Source of the DNA: the human T2T-CHM13v2.0 reference genome, Homo sapiens
Length of the DNA stretch: 64,000 bases
Strand: one strand, 5' to 3'
Assembly (NCBI RefSeq): GCF_009914755.1
Contig: NC_060925.1
Below the pieces are notes generated by a model. The model was not told the DNA's origin and searched no databases. It was given only the letters and a program-made list of their open reading frames with translations. Position numbers and translations under genes: made by a program. How positions within the stretch are numbered: position 1 is the first letter of the stretch; the number at the start of each line of letters is the position of its first letter. Positions 29,119 to 43,854 of the stretch are shown here, piece after piece.

Positions 29119-30637
29119 CTATTTAAAATGGTTATGTAGTAGTAATCCATCATACAGATGTGCCACAACATATATGATTAAATCTCTATTGTTAGGTAGT
29201 TCTCAATTTTTCAAACAAGCAACTATTTTATAAATGCAAATAGTTCTAAGAACGTTAGGAGACTTCGAGTCATTCACATACTAGTTCGAATTAGTTAATA
29301 TCTGGTTTCTTTTTACTACCTAGTTGAGAGCAGCTAGTTGGAGAATGGAAATTGTGATTTGGCATGAAGCACTTCAGGAAGAGGGTGGGCTTGGGAAGGG
29401 CTGTGAAGGGGTAGAGTTCCATATAGGCTGTTTGAACCTCAGAAAAAGGGATGTAGAAAAAGGTTGCTGAATGGAGTAATTTCAGTGTTTTGCACAGGAA
29501 TGGCTCTTTTTCTTTTTCTGGTCCGTATGACTTTTGCTTTAAGACTATTGCTCAAGCTATTTTGTAAGTTTGGGGTTCTCCCACACAAGTACATTGACTA
29601 AGCATTGGTTAAAAGGCTAGGCACCTGAGTACCACTTACATGTTTTACTTTCCAAGTTCCAACCTAACTACTTATAAACTTGAAAGTAGTTATGAATTGT
29701 GGGTTACCTATAGTCAAATAGTAGGGTTTTTTTTTTTTTCAGTCAATTGGAAATGAAAGGGCAGGTATTGGCAAGGCTTCGGGACTAATTTAATGCCATT
29801 AGGAAAGCACAAGATAATGTAAGGGCTAAAAGCCTCAAAAAAAAAAAAAAAAAAGGTGAAATGAGGAGTTGTTGCTGATTGGTGCAGGAACCTGAAAGAT
29901 GACACCTGAAAACTCAAATTACATTTCAGGAACTTGTGCTGGCGAGAGATAGGGATAACACAGATAAAAGTGTAATTTGTAGATATTCTAAAATCCCTTA
30001 TCTTAGCCAATAGTTTCAGCCGTGGCTTAAAACAATATATCTATCTGTACTTTAGCAAAATGGGTGGATTTGCATTTCACATGCTCCTCCTTTGGTTGAA
30101 AACAACTGATTACATAGGAAAGGGAAGATGATACTATAAACTAGGTCTTCGTTCTCCTACAGTGTGACATTGGACAAGGCATTTCGTCTCTCTGGTTTCT
30201 AACCTGCAAGTAAAAGGATGATTAATATTGGTTTAGATAATTTTTAAAGTTCCTTTAGAACCTGAAGGGTCTTTATTTCTACAACAAAAAAATCACCCAT
30301 GAGGTAGAATTGGCTATACATTCTCAAATGTAAAAAATTAAGCAAAATGCTGATCTAGTAGGTTCACATAACTTTTAAGTAAAGCATCTTGAAGGTGTCC
30401 CTCTATCAACTGAAGAACAAATGTCTGAGTTTAATATATGACTGCATCAAAAAAAAAAATATATGCAACCGCAGTAGGTGACCAAAGGGATAAGTAACTT
30501 TCAGGAATTTTGAAAGCCCAGTAGTATTTAGTATATGCTCTCTCAGCATTAAAAAGGTCACCTTGCTAATACATGTTAATTTTGAAAGTTTAATTGACCT
30601 TTGGAATTTTAATATCAACCTTTTTTGGTGTGGTTAG

Positions 30638-30720
30638 AGGTTGGAGCAATCACTGAAGAAACTGAAGCCTGTGATTGGTGGAGTTTGGGTGCTGTCCTCT
30701 TTGAACTTCTCACTGGCAAG
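30638..30720 (+). CDS. RPS6KC1: RPS6KC1 coding exon (83 nt; [28 protein letters not shown], subdomain IX)
   Basis: ggttAG acceptor at 30636-30637; strong donor AAG|gtaagc at 30721. DWWSLG..FELLTG is the AGC helix-F motif. Confidence 0.95.
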
Positions 30721-31800
30721 GTAAGCAGTGGCCTGGACGTTTAATAAATTTACTCAGATGCTACCTTGATTTCAAATTAAGAACATTAGCCTTCACCCTT
30801 AGTTTTTAAATCAGGGACTAAGCAAGAAAAACTTTGATATCGAAAGCAAGTAGAGAAATGCAAGTTTATCAAGAGTCCAGATTTTTTTTAAAAGTTGGAT
30901 TGCATTACATTGAATAAATTGATGGTAAAGTTATTTTATGTCACAATATTTCATAGTGAAATATGACTAAAACTTTTTTCTTTTAATTTTCCATGATTCA
31001 GCTTTAACAGGGTCAAATCTGTAAGGTTTATGTAAGGATGTATTAAAATTCTCTGGATGTTTTAAACATATTGTCTGAAACCAGGAGAGAATTCTTATTT
31101 AAGAAAATTAACGTAGATATTAAAGTTAACATTATCTTTTTCTCAGTACCATAAATTTTTCCTATCTGTTCTAGCTTAAGGACAGAAATTATACTCTCAG
31201 ATGAATGACTTTTGAATATGATGTTTGAGTTAGTAGACTTTAATAAAGTATTGTGCAGATTGCCTCCTGGGAAGAAAATGAAGGAAATGAAGGAAATGAA
31301 CAGTTACACTTTTGTAAATAGTCATCTACCTACGTGTGTAGATAATACTGACCTAAGATTGCTGGGGAGTTTACAAATCACCTTTACATACATTTAAACT
31401 GTAAAGTGCTATATATGTATGTAAAGTATTATGACTAACAAATTCTAAACTCTGTAGGGTTTTTAAAACATTAAAACATTTTAAAGGTATCAAATCTCTT
31501 TTTAGTTTTGCGTATAATTTAAGCTTTTCTATAATATTCTGAGCCATTAATTTTATAACTAAGGACGACGGGACAGTAGCATAAGCTTATGATGTGATCA
31601 TGGTGATTGTCTTCATTTCAGTTAAAAGTTCTATAGGCTCACAGCCCTCATCCTAAACTGCTTAGGCGGCACTGTGTTGATTACTACACTTCCAGTTAAA
31701 ATGGTTGTTGAGCTCTCTGTACTTGCTGTCCATAAATCCTATGATAGAACAAAATATGATGTTATTTGGGATAAGAAGTGTACCTGATTGATTGTTTCAG

Positions 31801-31896
31801 ACTCTGGTTGAATGCCATCCAGCAGGAATAAATACTCACACTACTTTGAACATGCCAGAATGTGTCTCTGAAGAGGCTCGCTCACTCATTCAACAG
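31801..31896 (+). CDS. RPS6KC1: RPS6KC1 coding exon (96 nt; TLVECHPAGINTHTTLNMPECVSEEARSLIQQ)
   Basis: tgtttcAG acceptor at 31799-31800; donor CAG|gtaatt at 31897; phase 0-0. P..VSEEARSLI matches subdomain X-XI. Confidence 0.94.
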
Positions 31897-34800
31897 GTAA
31901 TTTAACTGACCTATTGGCCAGGTTTATCAACCATGCAGATTAGCAGAGCCCACAACTCCAAAACCTTAAAAAGAGATTAGTTTGGAGCAAGAAAAACCCA
32001 TTTAACGTAAAACAAAGACACGTTCAGAATTAATACTGTATATTTTCAGGCTTTGCTATCATCAAAGTATTGATGGGGTCAGAGAGTATAGTTAAAACTT
32101 CTTGGTATTAATTTTTTTCCCAAAAATTTAGGGCTCACAGTCATTTCTGTATATTTGTGTAACTCTGTGATTTGAGTATTGCTTTTAGCTTGTCTGAGGC
32201 TGCTCTAATTTTGCAGTTACATTTTGTAACCGTATATGAATGGCTATTTTCAATTTTTAATTCTTACTTATAAGTTTACTCAGGTATTTATAAAGCTACT
32301 CAGGTTGCTTAGGAGAGACATATTAGAAAATCTTGTCAAGTTAGATACTTCATCATTGGTGGAACTTGGGCATTGGTGTCAGTGATTATATTTCTGGTGG
32401 CTTTGAAGAAAGAGACCATTGATAATTAAAGTTCAGTATCCCAGAGACAGGCTTGGAACTCCAGTGAACTTCTTAGATTGATTCCTCATACTTAAATTAC
32501 TCTTCTAGTTTCGTGTAGTGAATTTTGCTGATATTGAGGGTTGTTAGTACTCTGGTGTGACAGGCCCATTGCTGGGCTATCAGCAGGAACAAGAAGGCCT
32601 GGGATCCTTATGCTTTTATGAAAAATATAATGGAAAAAGTTCCTTGAAAAATATCAAGAACTAAAATTATGTAATGAAACATGGATTTAAAAAAAAAAGT
32701 CAGGGAAAACAAAAATTAAAAGAGGGCAGGGGAGCATATATTAGGAAGATAATTGACTAGTATTCTCTTGAAGAGTGATTTTGCTTTCATTCAACAAATA
32801 TTATATACAAGGCACAGTGCTATAAGCTACAAAGGTAAGACAGGTAAATAACCATACCACATGGAAATTGATAAAGGCTGTCAAAGAGTTTTAAAAAATA
32901 CTGTGGCAAGTCAAAAGAAGGGGGCGGATATAATCCATGGAGTGGTAGTATTAGGGGAAGTTTTTGTGGAATGGATGCTACTTTTGCTGGGCCTTAGGAT
33001 TTCAGCATGGCAAGGATGTGGGGAGAATAGTCTTGGTGGAATGAATGGTTTGAACAAAGGCAAGGAAGGAGTCTGAAAGACCCAAGTTTAGGAAACAAAG
33101 TTTGATTTATCTGGAATAGAGAGATAAATAAAGGTATGGGTGATAGGTGAGCATAAAAAAATAAGTTGGGGTTTTCTTATGGGGTTCTATCATCACAAAC
33201 ACAAGAGTAATGTGATAATATTTAATTCATTAAAATTTGAGATTTGGAGTTTGTGGAGAAGAGTAAACAGTTTAGAGTTGTACTTCAGGAAGATTAATTT
33301 GCCCAGAGTATGCAAACTATAAAGAAACAATCAGGTTGGAAATGTTGAGATGAGAATACCTAGAGCACTTTAGATTAAGAGGTAATGAAGAGATACATAA
33401 AACATTTCATTCTAATGGAGAAAAAAAGAACAGCTATTCATTTGATTTCATCTTATTCGTTGTGGCACGAGATAAATTCCAAGTATTTTTTAGTAAGTAG
33501 TTTAGGAAAGACTGGCAACTGCTATTTTTTGTTTCTCTTCCTTAAAGAAGTAGTCATTATTATATAATATTAAAAATGGAATTCCTCATAATAAGTTATC
33601 AAGTTCTGCTTTTGTCTTTATTAGAAGTTAGGTTGTAAAGGAATCTAGGCTTAAGATATGGTAAGTCCCCAAACTCAGATATGTATAGCTTATATAGTAA
33701 ATCAGCATTGTGTCATTGGCCTGCCTAAGGAAACTACCACTCATGTTGAGGAAACATCATCAGGAAAGGGAAAAGGGGTCTCTTGGCATGATTAGCAATT
33801 TGTCATTTTGACTTTCCTTTTCCACTACCTCACAGGTCATAGAGGTCACTTTAAAAAAAAATCACAAAATGATTTATATGGAAATAATTCTACGTGGGGG
33901 AAATTTTCTCCTCTTTGGTCTTTTAGCTCCTTGCTTTGTTCTTAGATCTCATAATCCCCTGTACCCCTGGTTCAGTTATCTGTCCAAGTCAAGCAAATGG
34001 TGCCAAAGTAAACATAATTACATTTTAAATGCAATCTTAAAAAAGTCCCTCAGAGCATGTATGTTTGTGCTTTAGCATGTACATTAGTTAATTATGACAC
34101 AGTTGCTTGGTCAGTTTTAAGAAATTATATGAGGAAAAGACCAAAACAAATTTTCGTGCCCTCATTGCTCAGCTCTGTTGCCTATTCTTCAGGAGAAAGG
34201 AGGTTGGCAGCTGCTGTCTTGGATTCATTAACTTGAATGTGCCACTGGCTGACATTTTCTTAAGCAGTAGAATCTTTGTGTGACCTCTCTTGAGGTGTGC
34301 TATAGCCTTTAAAATGGCAGAATAAGCAAGATAGTCATAGTTAAAACAATTATACTTTTGCCTATAGATTTATACTTGCAGATATATAGAGGAGTTCATG
34401 AACTAATTAAATTGACTTTAGTAAAAGTCAAAATATGAACCTTTAGAATTTCACATTTAAAGTATATTTTAGAAAGAAGCCAGTTATTTATAATGAAGAA
34501 GAAAGAACTTACATGTTTATGTGTTTCCTGAAATACTAAATATAATTGTCATTGCAGTTAATTCTTAAAAATATTTGAAATGTTAGATTTATATTAAAAT
34601 GTTTGGTGCCTTCCACATTTTAGTCAGTAGACATAAATTGTCTGATTGTGAAAGTGGATTTGATATATGTGGGATATTCCTGTGATGTTTGTTTTATAAC
34701 AATAGCTTTTCTCTTAACAAATCGTAGCAACTACTAATATAAAAATTCTTTGAGCAATTAGGTTTAATAAACAGTGTAGTATGGTTCAATTTGAGTGCTA

Positions 34801-34924
34801 GAAATAATTTCAGGTAAAAGACTGTTAGTATAGTCTTTTGAAGTGTATGTTTCACTCCCCTTATGGATTTGGTAATACCCAAGTGAAGTAATAGATTCTT
34901 AGCATTTGCAGATCTCACTTTTGT

Positions 34925-35180
34925 GAGGCAGTGTAATGTTGTTGTTAAGACATGGATTCTGGAATCAGAATGCTTGAATTCAAATCTTTGCCACTTACTA
35001 CCTGTGTTATCTTAAACAAGTTACTTAATTTCCCTGAGCTTCTGTTTTCTCAACTATAAAATGGAGATAATAGTAGCTATTCATAGAGTTGTGAGTTAAA
35101 TGAGTTAACCTATCATAAGCACTTAGAATAAGTACCTGGCATGTGATAAGTGTCGTGTATATCTTTGTTATTATTATTGA
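34925..35180 (+). mobile_element. MIR
   Basis: gaggcagtgtaatgtt..ttaagacatggattctggaatcaga...ttaaacaagttacttaatttccctgagcttctgttttctcaactataaaatgg. Confidence 0.85.
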
Positions 35181-35655
35181 TAGGACAGTGACGAACATTC
35201 ATGACACAGTAATTTGCAATTTGATGAAGCATATATTGGAATTATAGGGCTACTAATGAAGAATGAGGCTATTGCTATTGACACAGGTCAACAAAATTCC
35301 AAAAAAGTAGTGGACTGGCATATAATAGGCAAACAATTGATACTTATACAAATAATTGAATTATGAATGAAAGAAAAATTAGAAATAATGAAAAAGAGAA
35401 GAAATAGAAGTTTTGGTTAACATCCAAGAGTGGAATTTCCTATATATTGGACTACAAATGTTGTAAATAAATAATTTAATATTTCAGTTGCACTTGACTA
35501 CTTTCTGTGGAAAAAAAATATGTACTGTGAGTATTCTTAAATTTGAGTGGCTGTGGCTTCATGAGTTAGTTGGCAGAGTTTCTTTCCCCCAAAAAGTATG
35601 AAGTTAGACAGATTTGGTAAAAAACCAGTCATTTCAGTGCTCTGGAAATGGATCA

Positions 35656-36054
<399 letters not shown>

Positions 36055-37599
36055 TCAGGCCTGCTTTCAATCTCCCCTTCCTGCTTGGTCAGGTGCAAAG
36101 GTTCTGCCAGGGTAGGGTAAACCATGAGGACTGATCCTGAGGCTGTATAAATGTGCACAGGAACAGGGAGTGGGCCCAGCAGAAAGTAAAAGCCAGGGCA
36201 GATGTGGTTTTGTGGCCTAAACTTTGAATGTGTTCTGCTATGCGTTGGCAGAGAACAGAAGCTTGAAGGGCTGAGATATTTGAATACAACCTCTGTTCAG
36301 TCACTGGTTGACCCATAGGCTATACAGACACAGGGGTGACCCCGAGAAAGCCAACTTTAAAAAGAAAAAAAAATGTGGAAAGTTGTCAGCAGCTGCACAT
36401 TACAATGCAGTGGGAAGGGGACTTAGCAGCTTTACAGATCTAACTGAAACAAGTTACCAAACAAAGAACAAACAATCCAACAGCAATGATAAACTTCATG
36501 GGGAAAAAATCAGACTCTAGAGTTGCTAAAATATACTATCTAAAATGTCCTGTTTTCAGTGAAGTGTAGTGTAAGACATACACAAAAACAAAAAAAGTAT
36601 GTCCCATATTCAGAAAAAAAATCAGTAGAAATTGTCTCTGAGTGTACCCAGACACAGGATTTATGAAGACTTTAAAGCAGCTATTGTAAATATTTCCAAA
36701 GAACTAAATGAAACTGTGTTTAAATTATTAAAGGAAAGTATGACAAAAATGAATCAACAAAGAGATTCTGTAATAAGGAGACAGAAAGTATATTTTTAAA
36801 AAACAGAACTAAGTAGAAGTCACAAGTTGAATAATACAATGACTGACATGAAAAATTCACTAGAAAAAAAATGACTGAAGTGGCTAACAGCAAATTTGAG
36901 ATAGAGGAAGAAAGAATAAATGAACTTAAATTAATAGAAATTATTGAATCAGAAAAATGGACACAAAAATTGAAAAAAATGAACAGGACTATGGAAATCT
37001 GTAAGACAATAGCAAATGTACCAGTATACATATAATGATAGTCCCAGAAGGAGAGGAGAAAGGGAAAGGGACAGCAAAAAGAAATAATGGCTAAAAACGT
37101 TCCAAATTTGATTAAAAACATTAACTTATGCATCCAAGAAACTCAACAGACCCTATGTAGGAAAATACAAAGAGGTCTACACTGCAACATATTTAGACAT
37201 ATCCACACTTAACCAAATTGTTGAAAGGTAAAAACAAGAAAATTTTGGAAACAGTAAAAGGAAAATAACTTACATAGAAGGAAGCATTAATGTCTAACTA
37301 ATTATCAAAAACATGGAGATCAGAAGATATTGGAATGACACAGTCAAAGTGCTGAAATCAAGAAGCAGCAGTAAACCAAGAATTCAGCAAAATTATCCTT
37401 CAAAAATGAAGGTGCATAAAGACATTCCCAAATATAGAAAGACTGGGAGGATTTATTGCTAGCAGAACTGCCTTACAAGAAATACCACAGGAATTCCTTC
37501 AGGCTGGAGAGAAATGACACACCAGGTAGTAACTTAAGTCCAAGGAGGAAATGAGGAACACTGAAAATTGTAGATATGAGTTCATAGAAAAGACAAAAA

Positions 37600-37672
37600 A
37601 ATATATATTTTATTTATATATAATTTATTTATATATTTATATATTGTATATATAAATATATATTTTTTATTT
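37600..37672. repeat. AT-only low-complexity / (TA)n tract
   Basis: atatatattttatttatatataattt... Confidence 0.8.
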
Positions 37673-38835
37673 AAAAGACATAAAATTGCATGTAGCAACA
37701 ATTATAAAACCATGCTATTGGGATTAACATATATAGAAGCAATATCTAAATATGACAATAATAGACAAAGGAAGGGGGCTATGGTAGAGCAAAGTTTCTA
37801 CCTTTTGCTAAATTAAAGTTACTATTATTTTGAAGTAGATAAATGATCTTATAAGATAAGTGATATATTAAGTGATAAGATGCATATTGTAGGGATACAG
37901 CAACCACTTAAAAAAAAACCTAAAAACTAAATACTAAATGAAAATTAGTAGAGAAACTAAAATGGTACAGCAAAAAGCATTTAACACAAAAGAAGGCAGT
38001 AAAGGAAGAACAAATAAGACAGTAAATCTAGAAAACAAGTAGCAAAATAGCAAATATAAACCCACCGTGTCAATAAAGTGAATATCTAAACATGCCAAAC
38101 CAAAGGCAGATTCTGTTAAGCTGGATCTTCTGTGCGTGAGAGACACACCTTAAATTCAAAAACACAAACAGATTGAAAGACAAAGGATGGAAAAGGATAA
38201 ACCATACTAACAGTAACCACGAAAGAGCTGGAGTGGCAATATTAAATATCAGACAAAATGGATATTAAGATAGATTTACTAGGATCTGACACATGTTTCA
38301 TAGTGATAGTACAGGGGTAGCTGTAACAGTTACAAATGTATATGCACTAATAATGACCTCAAAATATAGGAAACAAAACTGAACTGAATTGAAAGGAAAA
38401 ATAGACAATTTAGTAATAGTAAGTGGAGGCTCAATACCCCATTCTCCATGATTTATAGAAAATTAGCAAGGACATTGAAGACTTGAACAAACTGTAACTG
38501 ACATGTATAGAACACTTCACCCAGTGACTGCGGAACACACATTCTTATCAAGTACACACAAAACAATCTCCAAGATAGATCACATGCTAGGCCATAAAAC
38601 AAGTTTTAGCATTTAAAGGAATTGAATTCATACACTGTATTCTGAATTACATTGTACACTGATTATAATAACCATAACAATCAAAGTAGAAATCAACAAG
38701 AGGAGGAGATCTGCTAAATCCACAAATATTTGAAAATTAAAACAGTATACTTCTAAGTTTAAATGCCTATATCAGAAAAAAAGGGAAGGTTTTTAATCAG
38801 AATCTTAGCTTGCACCGTAAGAAACTATGAAACAA

Positions 38836-38967
38836 AGCTAGATGTGGTTGTGTGCTCCTGTAGTCCCAGCTGCTTGGGAGGCTGAGGTGTGAGGATCACT
38901 TGAGTACAGGAGTTCAAGACCAGCCTGGGAAACACAGTGAGACCCTGTCTCTAAATTTAAAAAAGAA
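38836..38967 (+). mobile_element. Alu monomer (FLAM-like)
   Basis: Single arm with TSD aagaaactatgaaa on both sides. Confidence 0.85.
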
Positions 38968-39561
38968 AGAAACTATGAAAAGAAACTGTAAAAAGCAAAG
39001 TAAATCCAAAGCAAGCAGAAGAAAGGAAGCAGAAATCAGTAAGATAGAAAACAGAAGAATAAGAAAAGTAAAACCACAAGGTAGTTCTTTGCAAAGATCA
39101 GCAAAATTGGGAAACCTTTAGCTGGTTCCAAACTGTGCATAAAAAGGCAAAGGACCTATAATGTCCAAAACAATTTTGCAAGAGAACAAAGTTGGAGGAC
39201 TTACACTATCTGATTTCCACACCAACTATAAAACCACGATAGTTTTAAGACCACAGTGTTTTTCTAACAAATGGCACTGGGAAATTGAATATGCACATGC
39301 TAAAAACAAAATGAACTTAGACCCTTCATACTGTTTGCAAAGGTTAACTCAGAATAGCTCATACATTTGTATATAAGAGTTAAAGCCATAAAAATTGTAG
39401 AAGAAAACAAAGGAGAAAATCTTTGATGTTGAGTTAGGCAAAGAAGTATTAGATGTGATACCAAAAGCATGGTCCATAAAAGGAAAAATTGATAAAGTAG
39501 ATTTCCTTAAAATTAAAAACTTGTGCATTCAAAAGTCACCATTAAGAAAATGAAGACAATA

Positions 39562-39708
39562 GAGTGGGTGTGGTGGCTTATACCTGTAATCCCAGCACTT
39601 TGGGAGGCCATGGTAGGAGGACCTCTTGAGCCCAGAAGTTTGAGACTAGCCTTGACAACATAGACCCCGCCTCTATGAATAAATAATAAAAATATAAAAA
39701 TTTTAAAG
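39562..39708 (+). mobile_element. Alu monomer (FLAM-like)
   Basis: Single left arm with TSD gaaaatgaagacaa on both sides. Confidence 0.85.
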
Positions 39709-40547
39709 AAGGAAAATGAAGACAAGTCACAGACTGGGAGAAAATATTTGCAAATCATGTATCTGATAAGGGACTTATATTCAGAATATATAAAGAACTC
39801 TTGTAATTAAGTAAGACAGACAATTCAGTTTTAAAATGGGCGGAAAGTTAGATATTTCACCAAGAAAGCTATTTGAATGGCTAACGAGCACATGAAAAGA
39901 TGCTCAACATTATTAGTTGTTAGGGGATGTAAATTAAAACCATAACAAGATACTACTAACATCAGGAGAAGGGCTATTATCAAAATGACAGTACCAAGAG
40001 CTGAGGATGTAGAGAAACCGAAATCCTCATACATAAAGGTTTGTGGGAATGTAAAATGGTACAACTACTTTAGAAAAGTTTGGCAATTTTATAAAAAGTT
40101 AAACATAAGCTCATTATGTGACCCAGCAATTCTGCTTCTAGCAATGTAATCAAGAAAAATGAAAATATATGTCTACACAAAGACATGTACATGAACGTTA
40201 ATAGCAACATTATTCATTATAGCCCCAAACTGGAAAGTCTAAGTATCTAAAAACTAGTGAGTGGATTAATGAAATGTGGACATCCAAACAGTGGAATACT
40301 AAGAAAAAGGAATGGCCTGTTGATACCTGCTACAGTGTGGATGAATCTCAGAAACATAATGATAAGTGAAAGAAGGCAGCGTCAAAAGACTACATATTTT
40401 ATTATTTTACTTATATGAAATGTTCAGAAAGGGCAACTTTATAGAGACAAAAGGCAGGTCAGTGGTTGCCGAGGGCTGGGGATGGGGGTGGGGATTAACT
40501 GTAGATGGCATGAGGAAACTTTTTAGGGTAATCAAAATGTTCTAAAA

Positions 40548-40887
<340 letters not shown>

Positions 40888-41588
40888 TTAAATTTACTAA
40901 AAGTCATCAAATTGTACACTTATAAGGGATGAATTTATATAAATTATCCTTCAGTAAAGTTGTTAACACAAAAATTTGACATTATTAAACCACAAAATTT
41001 TTTTTTACTTATTTTACACATGATTCCTATTTCTGAAGAAACCAAAACTTGTTTCATTCATTATATTAAATTATTTCATTTGTGTCAACTATGCCAAAGA
41101 CTAGTGATTTTGGAATACTAATCAGCTTATTCACACTTTAGGTAAAGTTTAGTCTCAATACATACATAGTTGATTAGGGGTCGAAAGATTTACTGTGCTT
41201 CCCAAATTTTCTAATCATGAAGGAAGTAACTGGCTATCTCAGAATCTAGTGCAATATCTAATTAATGTCATGGTGTACTTTTGGGGTAGGAAATTGATAG
41301 GTATAACTATCCTATTATATTACATGAGGATGAGGGAAACAAAGTAAGTTACTCAAGGCCATGTTTCCCATCAGTTGAAAAGCCATAAACTCAGTTCAGG
41401 TGTCTCTCACACCCCACAGCTAGAATGGTATTAGACATAGCTCCCTTTCAAGAAAAATGGTCACTTGGCTATTAATCAAGACTGCTTGTTACCAGGGTTG
41501 AATTTAGAAGTTGTTTCTTTTCAAATATTGGTTTTCCTTTGATTTGCCAGTTGGATTCCTGTTACTCACTAAGTCCGTCTTTTTTTAG

Positions 41589-41699
41589 CTCTTGCAGTTC
41601 AATCCTCTGGAACGACTTGGTGCTGGAGTTGCTGGTGTTGAAGATATCAAATCTCATCCATTTTTTACCCCTGTGGATTGGGCAGAACTGATGAGATGA
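41589..41699 (+). CDS. RPS6KC1: RPS6KC1 terminal coding exon (LLQFNPLERLGAGVAGVEDIKSHPFFTPVDWAELMR*)
   Basis: ctttttttAG acceptor at 41587-41588; subdomain XI (P..RLG, IKSHPFF..DW); TGA stop at 41697-41699. Confidence 0.95.
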   Translation, partial: LLQFNPLERLGAGVAGVEDIKSHPFFTPVDWAELMR

Positions 41700-42540
41700 A
41701 CGTAATGCAGGGTTATCTTCACACATTCTGATCTTCTCTGTGACAGGCATCTCCAGCACTGAGGCACCTCTGACTCACAGTTACTTATGGAGCACCAAAG
41801 CATTTGGATAAAGACCGTTATAGGAAATGGGGGGGAAATGGCTAAAAGAGAACAATTCGTTTACAATTACAAGATATTAGCTAATTGTGCCAGGGGCTGT
41901 TATATACATATATACACAACCAAGGTGTGATCTGAATTTAATCCACATTTGGTGTTGCAGATGAGTTGTAAAGCCAACTGAAAGAGTTCCTTCAAGAAGT
42001 TCCTCTGATAGGAAGCTAGAAGTGTAGAATGAAGTTTTACTTGACAGAAGGACCTTTACATGGCAGCTAACAGTGCTTTTTGCTGACCAGGATTGGTTTA
42101 TATGATTAAATTAATATTTGCTTAATAATACACTAAAAGTATATGAACAATGTCATCAATGAAACTTAAAAGCGAGAAAAAAGAATATACACATAATTTC
42201 TGACGGAAAACCTGTACCCTGATGCTGTATAATGTATGTTGAATGTGGTCCCAGATTATTTCTGTAAGAAGACACTCCATGTTGTCAGCTTTGTACTCTT
42301 TGTTGATACTGCTTATTTAGAGAAGGGTTCATATAAACACTCACTCTGTGTCTTCAACAGCATCTTTCTTTCCCCATCTTTCTATTTTCTGCACCCTCTG
42401 CTTGTTCCCTCATATTCTGTTCTTCCGACTCCTGCTAACACACATGCAACAAAAAAGGGAAGGGAGTGCTTATTTCCCTTTGTGTAAGGACTAAGAAATC
42501 ATGATATCAAATAAACATGGTGAAACATTAGATCTCTTCT
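41700..42540 (+). other. RPS6KC1: RPS6KC1 3'UTR (end approximate)
   Basis: Repeat-free AT-rich sequence from the stop codon to just past AATAAA at 42510, followed by T-rich downstream sequence. Confidence 0.7.
42510..42515 (+). terminator. Polyadenylation signal AATAAA
   Basis: Canonical hexamer ~810 nt after the stop, with U/GU-rich tracts downstream (42560-42660). Confidence 0.7.
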
Positions 42541-43854
42541 TCATTTAATAACCCTCCCCCCTTTTTTTCCTTGAAGAAATGCGTCTGTTCCTTTCCTTGT
42601 GAAATATTATCAGTTTCTACCATTGCTTCTCATGCTTGACTTTGTTTTACTTTTTGGCTTGGTATACTAAGAAGCAAAGGATCTCATCTAAATGGAATTG
42701 AATGGCAGTCCTAGTTTGTTACTTATGGTGATGAGATTTTCAGATTTGAACTAATCTATTTGACGTGATTTAGAAAGAATGTAAGTATTCACACATCTCC
42801 AAACATTTGTATTTGTTACTTCTTTTTGTTGCTAAGGTAGCTCCTGTAGTTATGCATTGTTGCAAAAATTTACAAATGTTTTAAAAGTGTTAACATCTGT
42901 TTTTTTTTAAACGTTAGCCAAAGAAGAAGTCACTATTTCCAAGTTAGAAACCACCAGAAATAATTGAAATTTTTGATATGTTCTAATCTTCTTTGCATTT
43001 TTGAGATCTGTGTGAGAGCCCAACCCCACTCCAGGAGCATCTGTACAGCTTCCATCTGCCATCGACCAGGTCCTCTCATCAAATTAAATGGAACAGAAAA
43101 TGCTCTAGTGAAACAAAGGAAATGTGCAAGCATTTTTCCTTTTTCTATTATTCTATTTCCCTTTTTCCTTTTTGGCCCCCTTATAATCCAAACCCCAGCT
43201 GAAAGGCTGCAACAACACCAGGTTGGGGAGCAGGTCACCAGGATCATAGTTCAGTCAAAATGACATCACTCCCTGGAACTAGATTTCAACTCACTAGTCC
43301 CCTGGCCTCATAACAGGAACTTATGCAGGTGAGACACAAGAATGACTTCCTGTGTAGGACTAGTAGGAAATCTGCAAGTACTTAGAGCTGGCCATTACAG
43401 AACTTCCTTCCAGAAGTGCCCTGTGACATGAAAGTAGGACTTCACAACTAAGGTGAAGATCCCTGCCCTACCACATGATTTGAGTCTCTTGGATTCAAAG
43501 GACATTAATGTCAACAGATGGTTGCCATGTCAGTCTGTTGACACAATTCCATTGCTTCAGTTTCTCCCCTTTTCTCTCTATATGTTTGGTTGGAGCTTGT
43601 GCCTAATGTAAATACATCATTCATAATTAGAATGGACATTAATTATTTTAGTAATAAACACAGGATAAATAGCTTTGGGGTGATGAACCAGAGTCTGTTT
43701 TTATTTTATGGTGTGTACATATTTTAAGCTGTACTTCTGTGAATGGTACTGATTTTTGTGGTTGTTTTTTTTTTATATTTTGTTTGTTTAAGCAGAAGAG
43801 TGGAATATGGGGTCAAAATCATAAAAGAAGTTGCCATGAGTGTTTCTCATTTGA

